Below are positions 28,452-35,319 of a DNA stretch of 35,319 bases, piece after piece (the first letter of the stretch is position 1; every line of letters starts with the position of its first letter). The stretch is taken from positions 1 to 35,319 of the forward strand of contig JAXSMZ010000017.1 in assembly GCA_037924335.1 (NCBI GenBank), given 5' to 3'. The notes beneath the pieces were generated by a model, which saw only the letters and a program-made list of their open reading frames with translations, ran no database searches and was not told the DNA's origin. Source of the DNA: Aquificaceae bacterium (lineage in GTDB: Bacteria; Aquificota; Aquificia; Aquificales; Aquificaceae). The translations under genes and the position numbers were made by a program.

Positions 28452-29624
28452 ATGTACATGGTTTGCGATGACAAAAGGGTTTATGTATCTAAAGATTACA
28501 GAGTGAGCGCTTACGACAAAGAGGACCTTGTAAACGCAGAGAAACAAAGCTTAGTTTGGAAAACTTCCAAGCTGAATGTGGACCTAAAAAAGCTTATAAA
28601 CACAAAAGATTACCTTTATGGTATAGGGGAGGATAGGATAGTAAGGGTAGACAAGGCAAATGGTCACGCTGATGACCTTTCCTTAGAGGACCATCTTGTA
28701 GATATGGCGGGTGGACATAGAGACCTTTACCTTCTTACAAAGACAGCTCTTTACAGAATGTCCATAGAGAGGTTTTCTCTGCCTGAGATAAAAAGGTTTG
28801 CCGTGTCGGATACTATGGATAAACCCTTTAGGTCTCTGTGCCTATCCGACGAAAATATTTATGTAGCTTCCAGAAGTTATGTTTATAAGCTTGATAGGGA
28901 TGGTGAGAAGCTTCTTGAGAAAGCCTTCACAGATATTCATACTCTCCTCATGAGTGAGGATGGCCCCGTTGGAATAAGGGAGGATGGGAAGCTGCTAAAT
29001 CTGGATGAGAGCTTGGAAGTGAGTTCCATAGGTGAGTTTGATGGTAAGTCTATAAAGGCTGAGTACTCCATCTATCAGACCTACTTACTCACTCAAGAGG
29101 GCTTGCATATTTTTGGCAAAACTGGAAAGAGAATAGCTCATGTGGAGAATGGCTACCTTTCCTTCTCTGAAGGACTAAACCACATTTACCTATACAAAGA
29201 AGGTGGTTTGGAAGCTGCATCAAAGGCTGACATCTTAGGAGATAACTATCAAAAGGTAGACCTTACTACAGTTTGTGCAGTTATTTTTGCTTCTATGATG
29301 ACCTTTGAAAGGGAAAGGGGTAAAAAAGTTATCATGAAAAAGAGGAAGGGGTTTATGGACGTAAAGGTAAATGACCTGAGCTTGGACTTGGAGAAGCTAA
29401 TCTACAGGTTGTCCAAATACTTTCCTGAGGTCTTCATACTCTTTTCCAATCCAGGGTATTATGAGAGCATACTTGAGTTTGGTAAAAAGTTTGAGCTTGT
29501 AAAAGAGGAGGATGAATGCTTACACCTAAACTATTACATGCTTAACCACCTTGTAGAAAAGCATTCCGCCTTTAGAACCTTTAAGGAAGACATCATCTCT
29601 ATCTTGGAAACATGCTTAAGGTGA
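28452..29624 (+). CDS. Hypothetical protein with a beta-propeller-like N-terminal region
   Basis: Strong RBS AGGAGGT; repeated short beta motifs (YLYGIG, DLYLLT, NIYVAS, HIYLYK). No family recognised. Confidence 0.65.
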   Translation: MYMVCDDKRVYVSKDYRVSAYDKEDLVNAEKQSLVWKTSKLNVDLKKLINTKDYLYGIGEDRIVRVDKANGHADDLSLEDHLVDMAGGHRDLYLLTKTALYRMSIERFSLPEIKRFAVSDTMDKPFRSLCLSDENIYVASRSYVYKLDRDGEKLLEKAFTDIHTLLMSEDGPVGIREDGKLLNLDESLEVSSIGEFDGKSIKAEYSIYQTYLLTQEGLHIFGKTGKRIAHVENGYLSFSEGLNHIYLYKEGGLEAASKADILGDNYQKVDLTTVCAVIFASMMTFERERGKKVIMKKRKGFMDVKVNDLSLDLEKLIYRLSKYFPEVFILFSNPGYYESILEFGKKFELVKEEDECLHLNYYMLNHLVEKHSAFRTFKEDIISILETCLR

Positions 29625-30076
29625 GGGGAGCTGTATCAGTAATTGGTTCTTCGGTGGCGAACGATGAAGAGTATAAGGTTGCCTATGAGCTTGGACTGGA
29701 GCTTGCAAAGAGGAGACTGCTGGTCGTATGTGGTGGGAGGGGTGGAGTTATGGAAGCAGTATGCAAAGGTACAAGCGAGGGTGGTGGCTTAAACGTAGGT
29801 ATACTACCCTCTTACGGAGGAGAGGAAGCAAACCCCTTCGTTGGTATAAAGATAAAAACGGGCATGCAATGGAACAGAAACCCCATAGTGGTAGCAAGCG
29901 GTGATATGGTAGTAGCCATAGGTGGACATTGGGGAACGCTTTCTGAAATAGCCTATGCCCTGATATTGGGAAAGTACACAGTAGGTTACAAAACTCATAA
30001 GATAGAGGGGATTGAGCAGGTAGAGAGCTTGGAAGAGATTCTTGAAAGGGTGGACAAGTTTTTTGAGAATACTTGA
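29612..30076 (+). CDS. TIGR00725-like / LOG-family Rossmann-fold protein
   Basis: VSVIGSS, VCGGRGGVMEA, GILP, RN.IVV and GG.WGTLSEIA motifs. Confidence 0.85.
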   Translation: MLKVRGAVSVIGSSVANDEEYKVAYELGLELAKRRLLVVCGGRGGVMEAVCKGTSEGGGLNVGILPSYGGEEANPFVGIKIKTGMQWNRNPIVVASGDMVVAIGGHWGTLSEIAYALILGKYTVGYKTHKIEGIEQVESLEEILERVDKFFENT

Positions 30077-30108
30077 AAATTTTTATCAATTGACTCAAAT
30101 TATAAAAC

Positions 30109-30462
30109 ATGAGAACGGATGTAGCTTTGCTTGAAGATATGCTATACAAAAGCATAGCTAAGGAGATAGAAGGTCTATACGGAGAAGTCATTCATATGTA
30201 CGGCTCCGATGAAGAAGTTCTTAACTTGGCTAGAAGCATAAAAAGTATGTGCGATTACATTCTAAAGGTGTACAGGGAGATTCCCAACCCCAACAAGAAG
30301 TTGGATGAGTCTCTTTATACGACGCTTTACAGCATGCTAAAGGACTTTAGCGTTACGCTTTACGATCTCACGATAGCAGAAGGTGAACAGCTTTATTATG
30401 TTATATCCTCAGCTTACCATAAGTTAAGCGGTGCTCATAACCTCCTTGAAAGACTCTCTTAA
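30109..30462 (+). CDS. Hypothetical helical protein
   Basis: 117-aa ORF filling the space up to the convergent Crp/Fnr gene. No motif recognised. Confidence 0.6.
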   Translation: MRTDVALLEDMLYKSIAKEIEGLYGEVIHMYGSDEEVLNLARSIKSMCDYILKVYREIPNPNKKLDESLYTTLYSMLKDFSVTLYDLTIAEGEQLYYVISSAYHKLSGAHNLLERLS

Positions 30463-31178
30463 ATTAAGAGTTTTTCAAGGTCTCTTCTTTTAAGTATCTC
30501 TATGTATCCCCTTTCCGTGTTTATAATGCCTTGCCTTTTCCATTTGCTCATCACCCTTATGGTTGTCTCAACTGTTGTTCCAGTCATCTCGGCTATATCA
30601 AGCCTTGTAAGAGGAGCCTCTATTACAATGACATCGTCGTACTTTTTCCCTATCCTGTCGGCAATATCAAGGATAGCCTTTGCTATCCTCTCTTCTACCT
30701 TCCCTCCAGCTATGCTCTTTAAAGTTTCGTACGTTTGTATGAGGTTTGCAGTAGCTTCACATGTCATCTTTATGGCAACTGCAGGATGTTTTATGGCAAG
30801 GTTTATGAAGTCCTTGTTGGATATGTAAAGAGCTTTTGATTCAGTCATAGACCTTGCTGTGTAAGTGTTTTTTGGAGCCTTTTTGCCCCACTCTATCCAA
30901 CCGAATATATCCCCTGGGTAGACAAGTCTAACTATAACTATCCTTGCATCCTGAGTTTCCTTTAAAAGCTTTATCAACCCATCTATCAGTATATATATAC
31001 CTGGCTCTGCTTCTTCCTCAAAGAATATATACTCATTCCTTCTAAATTCTTTTATCTGCATGTACTTAATTGCAGCCTTTAGCTCTTCTTCCCCAAGGTC
31101 CTCAAAAAGGTGTATACTCTTGATCATGTTGAGCTTTAAGTGTATATCTTCCCTTTCTCTAATAGCCTCTTTTGCCAT
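30459..31178 (-). CDS. Crp/Fnr-family regulator (Dnr-like, no FNR Cys cluster)
   Basis: cNMP-binding fold, VEERIA, HTH LTRLDIAEMTGTTVETTIRVMS; RBS AGGAGGT. Confidence 0.9.
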   Translation of the reverse strand: MAKEAIREREDIHLKLNMIKSIHLFEDLGEEELKAAIKYMQIKEFRRNEYIFFEEEAEPGIYILIDGLIKLLKETQDARIVIVRLVYPGDIFGWIEWGKKAPKNTYTARSMTESKALYISNKDFINLAIKHPAVAIKMTCEATANLIQTYETLKSIAGGKVEERIAKAILDIADRIGKKYDDVIVIEAPLTRLDIAEMTGTTVETTIRVMSKWKRQGIINTERGYIEILKRRDLEKLLI

Positions 31179-32206
31179 CCTTTACCTCCTACAGTTACTT
31201 GTGGTTCAAAAACTACATAGTCCACATGGAAGGGTACCTTGTTAACTCCTCCAAAGGTGTGGTTATCACCTATGGCTATGTGAACAGTTCCCATGATCTT
31301 TTCAGCTTCTAGCACATTGTCCACCTTTTTCGCTTTTGGGTTTGTTCCCACACCAAACTCTGCTATAAACCTTGCTCTATCATGCTTCTTGAACACATTC
31401 TCTAAGAAATCCCAACTACCCTCCATCTCCACAACGGCACCATCTTTGAACTTCAGGCTTAAGGGTCTTTCGAGCCTCCCTTCTGGTCCATAAACTATCG
31501 TTAGCTTTCCATATGCTGAGGTTTCCACTGGAGCTATAAAACCCTCACCGGCTGGCAGGTTTCCAAAGTCCCCCCTATTATGAAAGAGACCAGTATCAGC
31601 TATACCTTTCCTATGCTCGACTGAAAACTCTATCCTCGTCCCATCCTTAGAACTTACCTCCACCCACTGGGCTTCTGTAAGTATGTCAGATACATCTTTG
31701 CTTAGACTACTTACAAGGTTCCAGTCCACATCCATTGGTCCCAAAAACATCTCCGGATGGAAAAGGGGCATAGATGCATACCTACAACCAAAAACCTCCG
31801 TCAGTACCTTTCTGTAAAAGGTATGCGTTGTGGAGTAGTGAGGGAAGGCAATAACTACGTTGGGTACATCCTGCGCGTGTTCCTTAAGAAGATGCATTAC
31901 CTCACCCTCCAGATAAGCCTCTTTGTTTAGAACCTTTTCAAAAAGACCTCTGGCTTTTAGGGCTTTTAGAGCTTCCTCACCGAATGTTATCTTCCAGACA
32001 TCCTCCGGTGGTTCACCGCCGTGAATTCCAGTGGACTTATAGGCAATATATTTAACTCTTTTGGTTATCCTTCTCGCCACATCCACGAATTCATTTAGCA
32101 TTTCAAGAAGGTAGTCTTTCTCGTCATCCGTTAGTAAAAGTAAACCCTCATCACTCTTTAAGTTCATGTTTACCTTATAGAGTCTGTATACATACTCTTC
32201 ATACAT
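31136..32206 (-). CDS. M29-like (aminopeptidase T / thermophilic metalloprotease) family protein
   Basis: GNLPAGE, IAEFGVGTNP, LEAEKIMGTVHIAIGDN and HVD motifs. Confidence 0.85.
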   Translation of the reverse strand: MYEEYVYRLYKVNMNLKSDEGLLLLTDDEKDYLLEMLNEFVDVARRITKRVKYIAYKSTGIHGGEPPEDVWKITFGEEALKALKARGLFEKVLNKEAYLEGEVMHLLKEHAQDVPNVVIAFPHYSTTHTFYRKVLTEVFGCRYASMPLFHPEMFLGPMDVDWNLVSSLSKDVSDILTEAQWVEVSSKDGTRIEFSVEHRKGIADTGLFHNRGDFGNLPAGEGFIAPVETSAYGKLTIVYGPEGRLERPLSLKFKDGAVVEMEGSWDFLENVFKKHDRARFIAEFGVGTNPKAKKVDNVLEAEKIMGTVHIAIGDNHTFGGVNKVPFHVDYVVFEPQVTVGGKGWQKRLLEKGKIYT

Positions 32207-32235
32207 AACAATTAAATAATTTAGCTCAAATTTCT

Positions 32236-33810
32236 TTAAGGCAAGGGTACCTTTAACGTCCCCATCAAGTACTTTAGGTCATTGTCCGTAAAGAGGAGTC
32301 CAATACCCCCAAAGGCACCTCTTAGCTTGGAGTTAAGGATGTCATCACCACCAAAACGTACATAGAGGGGTCCTTTAAGCTTATAATTGACGGCCATCTG
32401 AAGGTTAGGCTTTAGGTTTTTATCCTGTGGCCTGTCTTTTCTCCCAAAGTCCCAAAGGTCGGATGTTATGCTAATCCTATCGCTGTACAAAAGGTCAACT
32501 CCAACACCCCCAGTGGACTCTTTGAGCCCACCCCTAAAAACAATGTACTGACCTAACCATGGAAATGGGAATATTCTCGCATACTGGAGAGTAAGCTCTG
32601 GTTTGAACTCCTTTTTCACAACTGTTTGGTTTGGTAAGATCTCTTCCCTGTAAACTCTTCCCCTTGAGTCTCCAACTACCTCTAACAGATAATATTTTTC
32701 GCTATCTGGCTGTAGCAAAATGCTCATCACCCCCTTTGAGTCACCACCTTTGTACAGCTCTCCTCTGAAACCTACATAAAGATTGCTCTTCTCTGCAATT
32801 TCTCCCGTCTTCGCAAAGGTTTTAGTTGCAGACGTAAAGTTCCTGTATAGCTCTTCATCCCTTACAAGCTTTCCCAATGTACCCTCACCACTTTCTATCC
32901 TTGCGAGTATATGATTGAGGTTTTCCGAAGATTCCTTTAAAGACCTAGTGAGCTGTGCAAGGTTTGATGTTGTAGCCTTTATACCTTCTCTGTTTTCAAC
33001 AATTACAGCATCAAGGTTCCTTGAGAGGCTGTTTAGGTTTCTTGCAAGCTCAGGAAGCGTACCCTTGAGGTCATCGGAAAGGATCTTCAGATTCTGCACC
33101 GTTTCTTTTAGGTCCTCTCTGTTCTCAACTGCTATTTTATCAACATCCTTTGCCAACCTATTTATGGAAGCCAAAGTATCAGGAAGCGACCTATTTAGGT
33201 TGCCGATTAAAATGTTCAAATTCGTTACAGTCTCTCTTAAGTTTTCCCTATTCTCCATAGCCATCTTGTTTATGTTCTCTGAAAGCATCTTTAGATTTTG
33301 CACTATCTCCCTTATATCTTCTCTGTTTTCAGACAGTATTAGCCGAAAATTTTCAACCATAAGCTTTAAGGACGCCGAAGCGTCTACCATCTCCTTTATA
33401 AGCTTGTCAGTATCGGCATAGCTGTACGTTTTCTTGATGGTCTGGCCTTCCTCGAGGGCTCCAGAGATTGGACTTCCAGGGTTTACAGAAAGGTACTTGT
33501 CGCCCATAAGTCCAAGCGTGCCGATCTCTGCGCTGGCATCTTGGTAGAGAGTTATTTCTTTTCTTATCTCAAAAACCACCTCAACCTTTCCATCTGCCAA
33601 CCTAACACTTCTTACCTTTCCACTCTTCATACCAGCAACCCTTACCTCCGCCCCCTCAGAAAGACCTGCTACGTTGTCAAAGTACACCTTGTAAACTTTT
33701 ACTCCTGGCTTTAAGAAGGGTATCTCTCCAAAGGTCAAGATTATAAAAGCAAAGGCAAAAGAAACTGCAACAACAAACACCCCCAGCTTGAGCTCTGTAG
33801 AGATTTTCAT
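32236..33810 (-). CDS. MlaD/MCE-domain protein with long helical repeats and a beta-rich C-terminal domain
   Basis: N-terminal TM, MCE motifs AGLSEGAEVRVAG and GLMGDKYL...PG, ENRE-repeated helical region, GEGTLGKL motif. Confidence 0.88.
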   Translation of the reverse strand: MKISTELKLGVFVVAVSFAFAFIILTFGEIPFLKPGVKVYKVYFDNVAGLSEGAEVRVAGMKSGKVRSVRLADGKVEVVFEIRKEITLYQDASAEIGTLGLMGDKYLSVNPGSPISGALEEGQTIKKTYSYADTDKLIKEMVDASASLKLMVENFRLILSENREDIREIVQNLKMLSENINKMAMENRENLRETVTNLNILIGNLNRSLPDTLASINRLAKDVDKIAVENREDLKETVQNLKILSDDLKGTLPELARNLNSLSRNLDAVIVENREGIKATTSNLAQLTRSLKESSENLNHILARIESGEGTLGKLVRDEELYRNFTSATKTFAKTGEIAEKSNLYVGFRGELYKGGDSKGVMSILLQPDSEKYYLLEVVGDSRGRVYREEILPNQTVVKKEFKPELTLQYARIFPFPWLGQYIVFRGGLKESTGGVGVDLLYSDRISITSDLWDFGRKDRPQDKNLKPNLQMAVNYKLKGPLYVRFGGDDILNSKLRGAFGGIGLLFTDNDLKYLMGTLKVPLP

Positions 33811-33841
33811 GGATAAAATATTAATCTAGGAGGTAAAAAGA

Positions 33842-34201
33842 ATGCAAGATTGTATATTCTGTAAAATAATTAGAGGAGAGATTCCATCTAAAGGCGTTTA
33901 TGAGGATGACATGGTTTACGCCTTCCACGACATAAATCCAGTTGCTCCAGTTCATGTTCTGATAATTTCTAAAAAGCATATACTTGGCATTCAAACCATA
34001 GAAGAGGAGGATAAAGACCTCATAGGTCATATGTTTTATTCGGCAAAAAAGATAGCGCAAGATTTGGGTCTTGCACCAGATGAGAAGCTAAGAAGGGGAT
34101 ATCGGCTTGTCTTCAACGTTGGGAGGGATGCAGGTCAGAGTGTTTTTCATCTCCACCTTCACCTTATAGGGGGAAGGAGAATGGGCTGGCCACCAGGATG
34201 A
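33842..34201 (+). CDS. Histidine triad nucleotide-binding protein
   Basis: DCIFCKI, AFHDINP.APVH and GQSVFHLHLH motifs. Confidence 0.95.
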   Translation: MQDCIFCKIIRGEIPSKGVYEDDMVYAFHDINPVAPVHVLIISKKHILGIQTIEEEDKDLIGHMFYSAKKIAQDLGLAPDEKLRRGYRLVFNVGRDAGQSVFHLHLHLIGGRRMGWPPG

Positions 34202-35154
34202 AGAGTTTCAGAGACTATATGGAGGAGAAGGTAAGCGAGTACTACAGAAACTCCAAAGTAGGAAAGGATTTCTTTACATCTCCCGAGCTTGACCCTGCCT
34301 TTGGTTGGGCGATGGCTGAGAAAGTCTACGAGCTTGTTAAAGATTTTGAACATCCAATACTCCTTGAATTGGGCGGTGGGAATGGCAGCTTAGCTTACGA
34401 CATACTTGGCTATTTGAAGGAGAAAAGGGAGGAATTCTACGGCAAGCTGACCTACTACATATACGAGGGCAGTATGTACCTCATAGAGGTTCAGAAGGAA
34501 AGATTAAAAGCCTTTGAAGACAAGGTATTTTGGACACAAGAGCTTTTTCCCACGGAGGGCGTTATATTCTCCAACGAGTTCTTTGACTGCTTTCCCGTCC
34601 ATGTTATAAAAAAGGATAAGGAGCTTTACATGGAAGATGGAAATGAAGTTTGGATGGATGTAAAAAACCAAGGGGTCAAGATATTTTTAGAAAGAATGGG
34701 CTATGAGCATCTAAATCAGACTGTAGAAGTATGCCTCGATTGCTTGGAGTTTTTAAGGCGCATATCCCAAAGCTTAAGGATGGGCTATCACATAGTTATA
34801 GACTATGGCTACGCATCAAAGGAGATAGGAAGGTATCCAGAAGGGACTGTTTTGGGCTACAGGTCTCATAAGGTAGTAAGAGATACCTTTAGTGGAGAAG
34901 TCTATGATATCTCTGCCTACGTAAACTTTTCTGCCCTTATGGAGTTTGGAGAAGACTTTGGGCTTACAACTGTTTCCTTCCAAAACCAGAGGGACTTTCT
35001 CCTATCCTCGGAGGTTTTTTTAAAGGAGCTAAAAAGACTAAGCCTTTCAGAGAGGCCAGAGGACATAGAAAGGCTCTCGAGGCTTAAAACTTTAATTATC
35101 AGCATGGGGGAGAGGTTTAGGGTTTTGGTTCAAGCCCCCAAAAAAGGGGCTTAA
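34198..35154 (+). CDS. SAM-dependent methyltransferase, MidA/NDUFAF7 family
   Basis: SFRDYME, DFFTSPEL, ELGGGNGSL, FSNEFFD.FP, IDYG and DISAYVNF motifs. Confidence 0.88.
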   Translation: MKSFRDYMEEKVSEYYRNSKVGKDFFTSPELDPAFGWAMAEKVYELVKDFEHPILLELGGGNGSLAYDILGYLKEKREEFYGKLTYYIYEGSMYLIEVQKERLKAFEDKVFWTQELFPTEGVIFSNEFFDCFPVHVIKKDKELYMEDGNEVWMDVKNQGVKIFLERMGYEHLNQTVEVCLDCLEFLRRISQSLRMGYHIVIDYGYASKEIGRYPEGTVLGYRSHKVVRDTFSGEVYDISAYVNFSALMEFGEDFGLTTVSFQNQRDFLLSSEVFLKELKRLSLSERPEDIERLSRLKTLIISMGERFRVLVQAPKKGA

Positions 35155-35319
35155 GGTTAAAATAGTTCCCCCTTTCATAGAAATCAAGCTCTTTATTCCT
35201 ACCACTGCAGGGGTTTAGGAAGTCATCCAGATAATCCCTGTAATAAGGATTACCTTTCAAAACTTCCAAGGCAGCACTATTACAGCCTTTATAACCTCTC
35301 AAGGTGTCTTTTTACCAAC

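Noticed and set aside
35117..35319. 61-aa minus-strand ORF or partial gene at the window edge
   Set aside because: All three minus frames hit stops near the edge and no motif is recognisable, so it cannot be called.
1..35319. CRISPR array, cas genes, rRNA, prophage, and the many short antisense ORFs in the track
   Set aside because: No regularly spaced repeats or such genes were seen by eye; the short ORFs are shadows of well-supported genes.

Overview
Gene-dense window whose gene content and protein style look like an Aquificaceae (Hydrogenobacter/Thermocrinis-like) chromosome; the taxon is inferred, not shown. Most of it is housekeeping: mraY, nirDL-type siroheme decarboxylase, Rrf2 regulator, class III RNR nrdD, ispE-tRNA(Gln)-prs-rplY-pth, tkt, trxB-like, deoC, TetR, trpB, NifA-like activator, mtaB, pilT-pilC, ychF, nth, aspS, purH, HDAC, Crp/Fnr regulator, M29 peptidase, MCE protein, HIT and a MidA-like methyltransferase. 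Two small accessory patches (1-579 and 14331-16904) hold features the ORF track does not show. (i) Two copies of one TnpB element: the 3' end of an apparently intact tnpB, and a multiply deleted mini-copy. Both keep a structured omegaRNA-like 3' end with stem covariation and a TATAGT/ACTATA pseudoknot. (ii) Two non-autonomous IS5/IS903-like elements with TGCTYTGTC terminal inverted repeats and 9-bp target duplications. (iii) A pseudogenised outer-membrane porin. The most striking arrangement is that the first TnpB element appears to have inserted into the target duplication of the IS903-like element, so its predicted RNA guide consists largely of another transposon's terminal repeat. That repeat matches the second mini-element 15 kb away at 17/18 nt. 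No CRISPR array or rRNA was seen.
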